From assembly GCA_965644295.1 (NCBI GenBank), contig CBFFRP010000030.1, forward strand, positions 1,079 to 65,078: a stretch of DNA of 64,000 bases, given 5' to 3'. The notes under the pieces are model-generated. The model saw only the letters and a program-made list of their open reading frames with translations. It was not told the origin of the DNA and ran no database searches. This DNA comes from Paraphysomonas bandaiensis (lineage: Eukaryota > Protista > Chrysophyceae). A program made the position numbers and the translations under genes. Positions 36,305 to 47,844 of this stretch are shown here, one piece after another (position 1 is the stretch's first letter; each line of letters begins with the position of its first letter).

Positions 36305-36952
36305 AATTGAAATGACTTACTAGTCCTCACCACATCTGTTATAGCCATAAAGACATATAGCTTCATGTCATATAATCTCAAATCTCAATACGTAGCTATT
36401 AGCAATTGGCCACTACACGAAGTGTATTTGACTCCACCAGGCTCAATTTGCGGCTCTAGCCATTCAAAGACATGCGGAGTCCCAGTCTACCCTTCGCCTA
36501 TGTATCTCAGGTTTGGAACACTGATACAGAATCCTCCACAATGTCCTGCGGTTCCCTACCCCAAGGGCGTCCCCCTGACTAATCCCTTCTGTATCTCAAT
36601 GACTCACGCCGATAGAGAGCTTCTCCCTCACATACAAGAACGGAAGTGGTCGCACCTTGGTGCTTGCGGCGACGCACAAGCAGCTTCTGTAGCGCTGTAG
36701 CGTTGCATATTTCATAGTAGGATATGAGGATTTGTGCTAGTTAGTTACAGGTATAAGCTGATCTAGCTTGACTAGTCTTCATCTAACTACTTATCTAGTG
36801 TTGGTTCTTGACGCCTACTACTAGTAATAAGATATTCAATTATATTGAAAAGACTTACTAGCCCTCACCACATCTGTTACAGGTTACAGCTATAAAGACA
36901 TATAGCTTCATGTCATATAATCTCAAATCTCAATACGTTGCTACTAGCAATA
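36305..36952. repeat. Two roughly 100-110 bp direct repeats (36305-36405, 36843-36952) flanking about 440 bp; TRIM-like
   Basis: Shared ATAAAGACATATAGCTTCATGTCATATAATCTCAAATCTCAATACGT; second copy bounded by TATTG...CAATA. Confidence 0.65.
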
Positions 36953-37034
36953 GATTAAAAATTAGACGAATTACTAACGTCACAGTGATTTCAGAAGATA
37001 TGATGGTTTACTTACATAATCTTTTAAAGTTGTA

Positions 37035-37656
37035 TCACCTGCTACAGCGTACATTTAACACTACTGACAAAATCCGGCGCCTAATTGCAAAAAAATACTT
37101 CACACCAAATGCATATACAAACAGTACCTATGCAGTAACACTTTCAGTTCCCCACGAATACTCTCCTTTAGAAAAATAGAAAAATTTCCCACTTACATCA
37201 TCTTTAAGACGCAGCCAGCCTGTAACATCCCGTGGTACTTGTCCTTCTTCTGCTACACATCAAAATTAGAAAATATATAGCCAAAAGCAAACAACAACCT
37301 GAATCTTTAACGTCCAATTTCACCATATCCTCATGCAAAGTATCAGTAGCTGTTTCACTCGAGGGGGTGTCATTCGACTGCGTTTCAGTTGAAGACGCGG
37401 CTACAGTGCTGCTGGTCTCCTGTCCATTATCCTCATCTTCAGGGAAAAAATGCCTCGATTCATTTGAATCATTGGATGAAACAAGAGTCACATAGCTACT
37501 AGGAAAATATCCTTTGCATCCTTCAGAGTCTTCTCCAAACCACCACCCCCCGTCTAATAAGATCACGCTGCTTAATATATCTCCCTGATCAAACGATAGA
37601 AACTGCCCTTCAGCTTCAGGGCCATTGTATGGATACTTCGCGATACACTTCGGCAT
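37035..37656 (-). CDS. Small SH3-domain protein (multi-exon; 3' end uncertain)
   Basis: IAKYPYNG...LSFDQGDIL...GGWWFGEDSEGCKGYFPSSYV. Confidence 0.8.
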
Positions 37657-37931
37657 TGTTATGAATTCAGATCAACGAAGTTCGAACAAGGAAGGGCTGT
37701 TGCTATGGTGCTATTGCTGTGATGTTATCAATCTATAATCTATACATGTGTGTATATAGAGCAGTTAGTGATGCCCGTATTTCATACGTATTATACGTAT
37801 TTCGTATTTTCTCCAATATACATACCATACATATACATCTGCATATGCATCTATCTCATGTACGGGGCGGGCAGTCATGCTATGCATTGTCAACTCAGCA
37901 GTCCAGTGATGGTATAGGCCTCATATTGCCA

Positions 37932-39275
37932 ATGCTGCCCAGATCAATGCACAGGCTTCTGTTCATTACGTTTATTATAGGCATGATTTGTCATAGCTGC
38001 ATTGTTGAGGGTAGAAGTGCAGGGAAGAGCTTCGGTGTGGGGCTGAGGTTGCCTGCACTAAAGAATGCATTCAATACCAGGATACAGAAATATTCGTCGG
38101 ACGATAACTTATCCTCTTCACCCTTGATAAGTGGTCTAGTTACTCTAAAAGGAGGGAAATCTACGCAACCTGTGCCGAAGGTGCGTACGCAACTGACACT
38201 GTGACAACTACTGTCTTACAGACTATACAGAGATATAATATTAAGAAGGTTATTGAAGAACAGCTGTTACAGGTTCCCCTAGCGACCAGGATTCACCTTG
38301 TACTTGCTCTTTTTTGTACAATTATACATATGTTTGGTGCCCCGGCTCCAGCCCTCTTTGCTTTGGACCCAGCTCGGCCACTGGAGTTGTGGCGGCCATT
38401 TACATCAATGTCATACTTAGGTCCCCCCAGCATGTCAATGGCAAACAGTTTATATTTTTTGGTTAAGTATGGTCAAAGGCTAGAATCAACACACGGAACG
38501 GCAACTCAGCTCTGGTTCTTGTTAGTTCAGACGGTTATTCTTACTGCTCTCGGTGCTCTGTTTCGCGCCCCATTCCAAGCAAGGGCATTGATTGCAGCTC
38601 TGGTGTACACTGCTTGCAATATAAATCCATCAGACAAAATGTAAGGCATAGAAAAATGAAATTCTTTATTATTTTCGTTTGTGGTGTGTAGAATCTTGCT
38701 TGTGATTGAATTCTAGTGTGGTATTGATAACCGAGTCTAGCATGCTCTGTAATAGATACGTGTCTGTGTCTGCCTATGCTACTTACCGAGAGGAATTTTC
38801 TAATATATTTCAATGCAGGCACTTCAACTTCGGATTAACAATTTCTTCCTGGCAGCTTCCTTTTTGCATGATGGGCATTGAATGTTTGTCGGTAAGTATT
38901 GTTCTGCAGCGTGTGGTTAAATTAATCTTTTTGTCTGTTAATGCTGTGTTTCGCACAATGTTAATATGGCATACGAGTATAACGCTGATATTCTTGTAGT
39001 ACCAGTCTATTGTGGCAGCATGGCCACACTTGATGGGTATCTTCAGTGGGCACGTGTTTCACTTCTTCACAAAGGTGTGGCCGAATATATCTGGTCAAGA
39101 GTATCTCGCCACGCCACGTACCTTCGTGGATGTATTTGAGAAGAGAAACAGAAACAACTTTGAATATAGCGATACTAGTTTGCTAGATAGTGCACTTAAA
39201 GCTACCAAAATAAGCTCTAATAAAATAGATAGGAAAAAGAGAGGGAAAGGGGAAAGATTAGGTAGTGCTACTTAA
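37932..39275 (+). CDS. Derlin (DER1 family) with N-terminal signal peptide and transit-like extension (4 exons)
   Basis: VPLATR, ELWRPFTS, LYFLVKYGQRLE, FGLTISSWQLPF, PHLMGIFSGHVFHFF, KGERLG; leader MHRLLFITFIIGMICHSCIVEG followed by an S/K/R-rich stretch. Confidence 0.85.
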
Positions 39276-39422
39276 TTGTCTATTTGTATTAAATAACACT
39301 ATGAGAAGGTCAAAAACTGATCGATGTTCATTTATAGTTATGGCTACTGGCGAAAACTATAACCCCAATTTGTAAATCAGCTGTGCTGCAGGTTGCTAGT
39401 GTGCTATAATAACAGTTTTAGC

Positions 39423-42400
39423 TGTTGAGTTCTGCTATATGAGAGCAATTGAAAGCTGTAGTTATAAGGTATTTAAATTACTGTATTATACAGTTGTAGT
39501 CTTGTTAATCGTATTGTGAGAATGAATGACGATAAGCACATAGCGGTAAAACGGAATATTGTGACGATGCAAGTTGTAGTGACGATGTAAGATCGTCGTA
39601 CGAGAAATGAGTGGTAGTGGAGACAACATGATATTGATGAATGATAAGAGACATTGATTATAATTTATAATTCTCAGCTTTGAGTATAAGTTACCTTCTG
39701 TTGTTAAGTTAATACTTCTCATATAATGTCAAACCTTGACATGGTAGCAGACGGTAGTTCCGCAAGTAGTTCGGAATGGAAACACCTTCCGAAGTTCGAT
39801 CAGTTCGGTGTTGTGAACTGGACGAAGCGATTGAGAGTTTGGCTTATGAGAAAGAATCGGAACCATCTTGGGTTGGAAGAGCGACCGCATCGACCTGCTG
39901 ACAATGCGTCCACAGCTGTGAAAAACAAGTATAAGGAAGACCTCGACAAGTGGTTGGAGAGGAAAGACACCTGCATCAGTTCCATCTTCGAAGCTGTTCA
40001 ACCTGTGGCGGAGGCGCTTGAGATTGTTGATCAATACTTCCGAGAGAAGGACATGCTTCCACCTGATGATCCCGATAAGGAGATGTTAGCAAGTGAATTG
40101 GTAAATAAATTGGTTATTAGATTTCGTGGGGAAACCCAGTACGAATTGGTGGAACTGAATAAACAGTTTGCGTCATTTAGAATTCTACAGGGGGAGCTGG
40201 TGTGTACAGCCATTGATCGACTGAACGGAATTGTCCAAAAAATGACGGAACTTGGTGAGCCGCCAACTGACGTATCCAAAAAAACGAAGCTGCAGACTGC
40301 GCTGGAAACGAGGAAGGATCTGGAGCAGCTGTACACAAACATCTACCTGAAAGGTGATATTTCATTTAATGAGATGATCACCATTTGTAGGCGCTTCGAC
40401 CAGGCAAAGGGTCTACCACAGGAGTCTTCTGCACCGGAAGTACATTGGAATTCTTCTGATCAAGAGGTAACATGCTCATACTCTAAATGTGGAAAACGAG
40501 GTCACACGCAGAAGAACTGCTGGATGAAGAAGAAAGATCTGAAGATCTCCCAAATGAAGCGCAATGGTAAAAACAAGCATCGAAGAGAGCAATCAGAATC
40601 CAAAAGAAGTAAGTCAAAAAATGGCGCTGATGATGATGGATGCTTTGTGTGTGGCGTATCTGGACATCGAGCTCATGAATGCAGACATCGAGCTCAAGTT
40701 CGAAAAACAAGGAAAGCGGAGGATTCTGTTAACAAAAAACGACATTTTTCCGAAAAAAACGGTACGATGGAAAGGCCCATCAAAAAGAGCTCGGACTGGA
40801 ATCGTTATCTTCAAAGAGACGAGCAAGAGGATGATTCTGTGCACATGTTGTTATATGATGAATCGAGTAACTTAGAAGTGAATGTTGCAGATGAGGTGCT
40901 GCATACTTCTGAAGACATTGTATTTCTAGACAGCTGCGCGTCGAAACAACTCTTCATCATCAAGAACAGTGATATTCTACAGACATTTGTTGCAGACGAA
41001 GGAGCCATTCAGACAACCAAAGCGGGATCCAGCTTACGATATACTGGCTCAGGCAACTATGGTGACTGGACAAAATTAAAGGTATGCCCCGACTCAGTCA
41101 AGAATATTTGTTCGGGAGGGATGCTTCGTACGCTTGGATATGGACTTCAGCTGCTAGAGACCCCAAAAATAGTGCGATTGGATAATGCAGAAGTTGTTCT
41201 TGAAGCTAGGTATTCAGATAATGGAATGCCCTTCGTTGATCTAAAGGACTTGTTGGAGTTACCTGACTTGACGAGTTTAGCTGCAGAAGTACATCTATCG
41301 GATAAAACAAATGAAGACCCTCTGGAATTGCTTCACAAACGATGCGGGCATGTCAGCAAGCGCAAGCTATTAGAAGCTTTCAAACATCGGTTGTTCACAG
41401 GGAGTGGCCTTAACAGATCTCATCTGAGTAAGAAGAGTCTTCAGAAAACCAAGGGTATCTGCAAAGCCTGTGCAAAGTCGAAGATTACCAGAATCTCGTT
41501 TCCTGGGAAGAGTGATGAAGAGCTACAGGCGACAAGGTTTCTGGAAAAAGTAACTGTCGATATAGGAGTATATTTCAATTGTCCATCTCGACAGGGATAC
41601 CGGTATGTATTAGCGTTGACAGATGTGGCCACCAAGGAATGCTGGGAGTTTCCGTTGAAAACTCGGACCGCAAGTGAGGTGTTGGAGCACATTAGGAATT
41701 GGGTCGAGGTTCTTCTTCCCAAGTATCCAGGAGTTCATCGACTATCTGTGTATCATGCCGATGGGGGAGCCGAACTCATTGATAAGTCTATTCAGGAGTA
41801 TCTTCACAGCAAGTTTGGCACCTCAATTACGTGGAGCTCTACGGACTCACCTGAGATGAATGGCGTGTCTGAGAGACGTTTTCGAACCGCGGGAGAGATG
41901 ACTCTTGCAATGCTGTCAGATGCTGGATTCCCAGTTCCATTCTGGTGGGATGCCTACGTATATGCATCTGAAATTATTCGCATGATGCCCACTCGGACCT
42001 ACCGCGGATGGATGTCTCCCATGGAGTGTGTACCTGGAGGTTCTGTTCCGGATTTATCCAGTTTACGTCGATGGGGGTGTAAAGCTTATGTGAAGACTCC
42101 CAGGGGTGATCGTCGAAAAAATTGGCAAGGCAAATCGCAGATTGGATATTTTTTAGGTCTCTCCAAAAAGAAGAGGGGATACAGAATATGGCTAGGAGAG
42201 TCCGAAGTTGTGTCAATACATGTGTTATTCGACGAAAGCATTCCCCCCAGAGAGAAGGAGTATTTCGAGGAGCTGGAGGCTGCGTTAGTTAAACATGATC
42301 CCCAGGCTCGACAGGTTGAAGAGTTCAACCATTTGATTGGATCTTACCATACCGATGAGGGTTTCCTGTTTAGGACTACGAGAGTCGTGGTTCGGAAAGG

Positions 42401-44954
42401 TTTGATCGTGGCTTATAGAGCCTTAGTAACTGCTGGTAGAGAGCAGTTGGAGGAGAAGACTCCGATACATATAGCTGATGTAGTGAAACTAACTCAGTCG
42501 TATAATTTGCGCAGGTGGCACGAAAATCCTGCGACCCGTGACGATGGGGCAGGTGGTGAGGAGCGATCGATGCCGGCTGGGGGTGGGACACCCAAACAGT
42601 CTACGGCAGATGACTCATCAGGGAGTGAGCAGACTCCATGTGCCTTACCCGAGAGAAGCGTGAGCACTTCGTCTAGAGAGACAAGTGTGTGTGTCCCTAG
42701 TAGTCAAACTGCTAACCCGCCAGCTGCTATAAGCAAGAGGGTACGAACCCAAAGAGTGATGACCAACGTGTCTACTCTGGGTGAAATCAACTTCCTGTGT
42801 GGGGAAGATGCCGTTAATATGTGTAAGGCAAGTGATGACTCATTGATTACTGACCCGTCTGATTATAGGGAGCCTGAGTCATACGAAGAGTCTCTTCAGT
42901 GTAGTGATGCAGACAAATGGAAGGAGGCGCGCAGATTAGAACGGAATGCACTTTTTCAGCGTGAAGTGTTTGAAGTAGTAGAAACTCCGCCTGATGCACG
43001 ACCTCTTAAATCTCGTTACGTATATAAGCGAAAGTACAATAAGGATGGCTCCATCAAGAAGCATAAAGCACGACTTGTAGCACTTGGGTACGGTCAACAA
43101 TCTGGCGTCGATGTGGACAACACATTTGCCCCTGTAGTCAAGAGTATATCTGTTCGGTTGATTCTGGCGTTGGCTCTTGTGTTCAGTATGTTTGTGCATC
43201 AACTCGATGTCTCCAGTGCGTTCTGTTATGCCGATATTGAAGGCGACGTTTACATGAATCCTACTCCAGATTTTCAACTTCCACCTGGACATTGTTTTAA
43301 ATTGAAGAAATCTCTATATGGACTCCGTAGTTCACCACGATCATGGTGGAAAACCATAAACAAGTTCATCAAATCCTTGGGATTTCGACCGTGTGTGTTA
43401 GAACCTTGCTTGTATCATGCTGTATATAAAGGTCATAAAGTGTATCTCACCATATATGTGGATGACATCGTCATCGCATGTGCTGACCTTAATATTATTA
43501 CAGAAATAAAAGCTAGATTCTGCGAACGATTCGACATGACGGATATGGGAGCCGTTGAACATTTCCTGAATGTTCGTGTCACGCGAGGACAGGATTTCAT
43601 TCAGCTGGATCAGCAGACATATGCGGAGAAAATTCTTCTCAAATTCGCTGATTTCCTCGGTCCCTCATCAAAAATCCGAAAGTCGCCGCTACCCCTCGAT
43701 GCAATGGACAGAATTAATCAAGCAGACAGCGATCTCACACCTGAGGAGAAAGAGGGAGTAGATAATTATCCTTATCGCAGCCTACTGGGTGCCATGTTAT
43801 ATCTATCTATGAATACTCGCCCTGATATTGCATATGCAGTTGGTTTGTTATCTAGATATGCATCTAAGCCTACCCGGGCTACATGTTATTTAATGACGTA
43901 CCTATTGCAGTACGTTAGGGGTACAGTTCGAAAGGGTATTCGGTTCAGTAGTAAGCACTTCGACATGCACATCTTTACTGATGCAGACTGGGCTGGCGAT
44001 GTGGTGTCACGCCGATCTACGACTGGATACATAGTATTTGCCGCCGGTGGACCACTTATCTGGCAGTCCATTTTACAGGCTACCGTTTCAACGTCATCAA
44101 TGCAAAGTGAGTATCAGGCTATGTATGCTGGCATGCAAGAACTGGTATGGCTTCGGGGGGTGTTGGACGAATTAGGACTCCGTCTACGCGAACCCACACC
44201 ATTTTTCTTGGATAGCCAGAGTGCTCGTGACTTAGCATTGAATCCGGTGTTCCATAAGCGTTCAAAACACATCGAGATCAAATACCATTGGGTTAGGGAA
44301 CACGTAGATCCAGATGGCCTCTTTAACACTGCCATATTGTACCACGTTGGAACAGATGATCAGACAGCAGACATATTCACGAAATCGTTGTGTGGTGTAA
44401 CTTTCGAGAAACACAGGAAGAGATGCCTAGGAGAGGATCGAAAATCATCTGTTGAGGTTATTAGAGAAAAGACGTTCAAACGACGTAAGTGATCAGTTGA
44501 CTGTGCTGTGAGACTAGCTGAAATGTCGGAGTCATACGTCCACCTGTTTGTCCTGTTTGGTTTCGGTGGTTGCGTATCCGTCAGTTATGTCTTGTGATGT
44601 GAAGAGTCTATCTACAGCTTTGAATTGAGAGGGAGTGTTGAGTTCTGCTATATGAGAGCAATTGAAAGCTGTAGTTATAAGGTATTTAAATTACTGTATT
44701 ATACAGTTGTAGTCTTGTTAATCGTATTGTGAGAATGAATGACGATAAGCACATAGCGGTAAAACGGAATATTGTGACGATGCAAGTTGTAGTGACGATG
44801 TAAGATCGTCGTACGAGAAATGAGTGGTAGTGGAGACAACATGATATTGATGAATGATAAGAGACATTGATTATAATTTATAATTCTCAGCTTTGAGTAT
44901 AAGTTACCTTCTGTTGTTAAGTTAATACTTCTCATATAATGTCAAACCTTGACA
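39423..44954 (+). mobile_element. Full-length intact Ty1/copia LTR retrotransposon
   Basis: 319-bp TG...CA LTRs (39423-39741, 44636-44954), apparently identical; TSD TTAGC both sides; PBS TGGTAGCAGA 39742-39751 (tRNA-iMet type); PPT GAGAGGGAG 44627-44635. Confidence 0.97.
39726..44492 (+). CDS. Copia Gag-Pol polyprotein (Gag, PR, IN, RT, RNase H)
   Basis: Two CCHC knuckles, FLDSCAS protease, HHCC and D-D-E integrase, YVDD RT, TDADWAG RNase H; single uninterrupted 1588-aa ORF. Confidence 0.97.
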   Translation: MSNLDMVADGSSASSSEWKHLPKFDQFGVVNWTKRLRVWLMRKNRNHLGLEERPHRPADNASTAVKNKYKEDLDKWLERKDTCISSIFEAVQPVAEALEIVDQYFREKDMLPPDDPDKEMLASELVNKLVIRFRGETQYELVELNKQFASFRILQGELVCTAIDRLNGIVQKMTELGEPPTDVSKKTKLQTALETRKDLEQLYTNIYLKGDISFNEMITICRRFDQAKGLPQESSAPEVHWNSSDQEVTCSYSKCGKRGHTQKNCWMKKKDLKISQMKRNGKNKHRREQSESKRSKSKNGADDDGCFVCGVSGHRAHECRHRAQVRKTRKAEDSVNKKRHFSEKNGTMERPIKKSSDWNRYLQRDEQEDDSVHMLLYDESSNLEVNVADEVLHTSEDIVFLDSCASKQLFIIKNSDILQTFVADEGAIQTTKAGSSLRYTGSGNYGDWTKLKVCPDSVKNICSGGMLRTLGYGLQLLETPKIVRLDNAEVVLEARYSDNGMPFVDLKDLLELPDLTSLAAEVHLSDKTNEDPLELLHKRCGHVSKRKLLEAFKHRLFTGSGLNRSHLSKKSLQKTKGICKACAKSKITRISFPGKSDEELQATRFLEKVTVDIGVYFNCPSRQGYRYVLALTDVATKECWEFPLKTRTASEVLEHIRNWVEVLLPKYPGVHRLSVYHADGGAELIDKSIQEYLHSKFGTSITWSSTDSPEMNGVSERRFRTAGEMTLAMLSDAGFPVPFWWDAYVYASEIIRMMPTRTYRGWMSPMECVPGGSVPDLSSLRRWGCKAYVKTPRGDRRKNWQGKSQIGYFLGLSKKKRGYRIWLGESEVVSIHVLFDESIPPREKEYFEELEAALVKHDPQARQVEEFNHLIGSYHTDEGFLFRTTRVVVRKGLIVAYRALVTAGREQLEEKTPIHIADVVKLTQSYNLRRWHENPATRDDGAGGEERSMPAGGGTPKQSTADDSSGSEQTPCALPERSVSTSSRETSVCVPSSQTANPPAAISKRVRTQRVMTNVSTLGEINFLCGEDAVNMCKASDDSLITDPSDYREPESYEESLQCSDADKWKEARRLERNALFQREVFEVVETPPDARPLKSRYVYKRKYNKDGSIKKHKARLVALGYGQQSGVDVDNTFAPVVKSISVRLILALALVFSMFVHQLDVSSAFCYADIEGDVYMNPTPDFQLPPGHCFKLKKSLYGLRSSPRSWWKTINKFIKSLGFRPCVLEPCLYHAVYKGHKVYLTIYVDDIVIACADLNIITEIKARFCERFDMTDMGAVEHFLNVRVTRGQDFIQLDQQTYAEKILLKFADFLGPSSKIRKSPLPLDAMDRINQADSDLTPEEKEGVDNYPYRSLLGAMLYLSMNTRPDIAYAVGLLSRYASKPTRATCYLMTYLLQYVRGTVRKGIRFSSKHFDMHIFTDADWAGDVVSRRSTTGYIVFAAGGPLIWQSILQATVSTSSMQSEYQAMYAGMQELVWLRGVLDELGLRLREPTPFFLDSQSARDLALNPVFHKRSKHIEIKYHWVREHVDPDGLFNTAILYHVGTDDQTADIFTKSLCGVTFEKHRKRCLGEDRKSSVEVIREKTFKRRK

Positions 44955-46642
44955 TTAGCTTACATCTTTCCAGAGATGAAACCTTTACCGAGGACGGGCC
45001 ATAGTGTAGCGTCATTGTTGGACTAAACTAAGAAATTCATAGACTTTATTAAAATCCAAGCGTATGCTTTGCGTGTGACGCCAAGCAAGATAAACACTAT
45101 ACTTGCGTGGCCCAAACATAACTACAAGAATCCCCGGGGAAGGAGGAGAAGAGCAAAGACAACGACTTGCTAGGCCTGTACAATCGCAATACATATATGA
45201 GTCATGGTTTGATACACGAAGCCCCACGTAAACTTGTCGGGAGCAAATGTATCCTCTACAAAACCTTTGTTAACGTGAAGGTGGCACTCGTATAATCATA
45301 AGGTGAACTATAATCTATATGGTCAACCAATTGGTTGACGGGCGTGCGGGTGGATTATCAGCAAAAAAAAATAGCGTTATATTAGTATACCGATGAGTCT
45401 ACATTATTGCCAACCTGTCGGAATGGGCTGGAAGTGATATGATCTGACTAGGTAATTAGTTACTACTTATGTTATCCAAAATTGTGATATTACAAAATAC
45501 GTCACTAGCATCATCTCATCCTTCTGATAGCAGGCACTAGGCCACCTTCAGTTTAGTAACAATACTTCAGTTTCACAGCTCCATAATTACAAAGAACTAT
45601 ACAATACATCTACAGTTTCTCCCAATCTCTTTCCCATGCATTGGTGTAAGTAGTCACGAATTGTACCCTACCCTCAGCGAGCCTTGGTCTAGTTTAGATT
45701 TCCTCGAAGTAATCTTCCACCACTAAACCGCTAAAACCATCATTGCAATCGGCAGCGGCGGGGCCTAATGCTGATCGACCCGTCCACGACATTCTGACCG
45801 ATATGGCGCAAAGCCAACGCCCGACACCACGCTCAGGAAGCGCCCTCCAGTAAAAGGTTGAAGGGTAGTCCAAACCCTGTAAAATAGTTTTCAGGTTGAA
45901 TTTAGGCTAAAGTCAATGCCTGTATGCACTGTGGGGAAGAGTTGTATGGATGACACAGTTGTAGAGAAGCGTACAGATGCAAATATGTAATGGCTTCATG
46001 AGGAAAGAGCGCTAGTACGACTACAGGTAGTTGATATACTCTCCATTAGTACTTTCAACTCAAAGAATTCATACCCGATACTGTGAATCAGATAACAGGG
46101 ACTGAGTTCTGACAGGTGTACATGTATACGAGAGTATGATGGACGATGACTACCATCCACTTGCTAAGGACTAAAATAAGGCCATATATAGTCGACTCAA
46201 GCCTTAATAAAATACCGCAGTACTGGAGGTAGTATGTAGCGAAGTGTACCTCAGTGATCTGGATACAGAGTCACTTTCTCTAATTCTGAAGAAGAAGGCT
46301 GCTGCAGTCTAAATTAGTACTGCCTTCAATACTGGGACAGCAGAAGATAGTAGAACGAAGGAATACCTGGAATACCGAAAACGAAATCTCTATTTTTCCA
46401 TGATACGACTACAAAAAAAAACATACGTGTGGGCTCGTACAACCCCACTCTGCACATTGATGCGATGATTCGATAGGCACAATCGTCACTCTCCAAAGTA
46501 GCACGTCGCATACATGCCGCTAACCTTAACAAGGAATTTCTACGATAATTTACGTCTATGAATTTTCATTGCTAATGAGCATGTTATGGCGTCTGAGATA
46601 GACACATTGTGTTAACTTTTGCGGTTATTGTCAGCTGTCAAT

Positions 46643-47844
46643 ATGAGTCCGCCTATGGAAGCCTCACAGTGCAGCGTCATAGTGAACTACCTTCCTTTAG
46701 ATGTTGATGATGAGCAACTGAGAGTAAGCAACCCTGCTGAAATGTACTGACAGTAATATATTATTATAGAAAATGTTTGCCGATTATGGGGAAATAGTAA
46801 AGGCGTATGTCGCAAAGAATAAATCCTCTGGAGCGAGCTTGTCTTACGCATTCGTCACATTTGCTCGAAAAGAGGAAGCTGTAGCTGCAATAGCCGCATT
46901 GAATGGGATGCAGGTGGGGAGTAAGCATATTAAAGTGAGTTTCGCAAAGCTCAAGCAAGGAGACATCCATAACAGAAAGCTTTTTGTGCGCTGTCTTCCT
47001 CTCACTTACACAGAAGAGCAGATACGAGACCTGTTTGCAGAGGTAAGCTTGTAGTTGCTATTATCGCTCAGAAATTTAACTTATTTTGTGCTTAGTATGG
47101 GGATATTATTGAATGTCGCCTTCTGTTGGAATCAGACAAAGTTACTTCCAGAGGCTGTGCATTTGTTGAATTCAAGAGTGCCGCGGAATGTGAAAACGGT
47201 ATTTACCCTTTACTTGTTGGCGCTTTGTGTCTGATATTGGTTTAGCAATAAATAGTCTGAACAATAGTGTACCTCCCGGTGCTACAGCTTCCATCTGTGT
47301 TTATTATGCTCGCCCTCCTCCTGGAACAGAGAATACAGTTGACACGCCGAGAGTTCCTCATCTTTCATGTACCCCTCCGACAAACTGGGCCACTGCGCCT
47401 CCCACCATGGGTCCGCTACCTTCGTCTCACTATCCATCCTCACCATGTAGAGCTTACTCCCCTAGTGCAGGTGTACATATGGCACATTTCCCTCCTTCTC
47501 CTGGTCGGAATGTATCGCCGTATCCTCACTCGCCTGTTCGCATAGAACAAAGCGGAGTATTCTCGTTCGCGAGTAGTGTGCAAGAATTAAATGTGAGAGT
47601 CAGTGGACTTCCTCCATATGTGAATCTTAAGCAATTTCTTGATTTGTTTGAACCCTACGGGCATATTGTGTCCGCTGGACTGGACCATTCTCTCAACTCC
47701 GCAGGTATAATGTCATTCGGCACCGGACGCTTGCGCATTGTGACTACTCAGGAACAATTGCAACTCATGATTCGTAGTATCCATAACTACGTTGTTTTTG
47801 ATGGGTATCCTCCGCTTCAGCTGACGATTCAACATTCAGCTTAA
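46643..47844 (+). CDS. ELAV/Hu/Sxl-like three-RRM RNA-binding protein, copy A (4 exons)
   Basis: VIVNYLP, SLSYAFVTF, LNGMQVGSKHIKVSFA, KLFVRCLP, SRGCAFVEF; Pro-rich hinge; degenerate third RRM (VRVSGLP). Confidence 0.8.

Noticed and set aside
39486-39722. Identical 78-aa minus-strand ORFs at 39486 and 44699
   Set aside because: Chance ORF inside the two LTRs; useful only as evidence of LTR identity.
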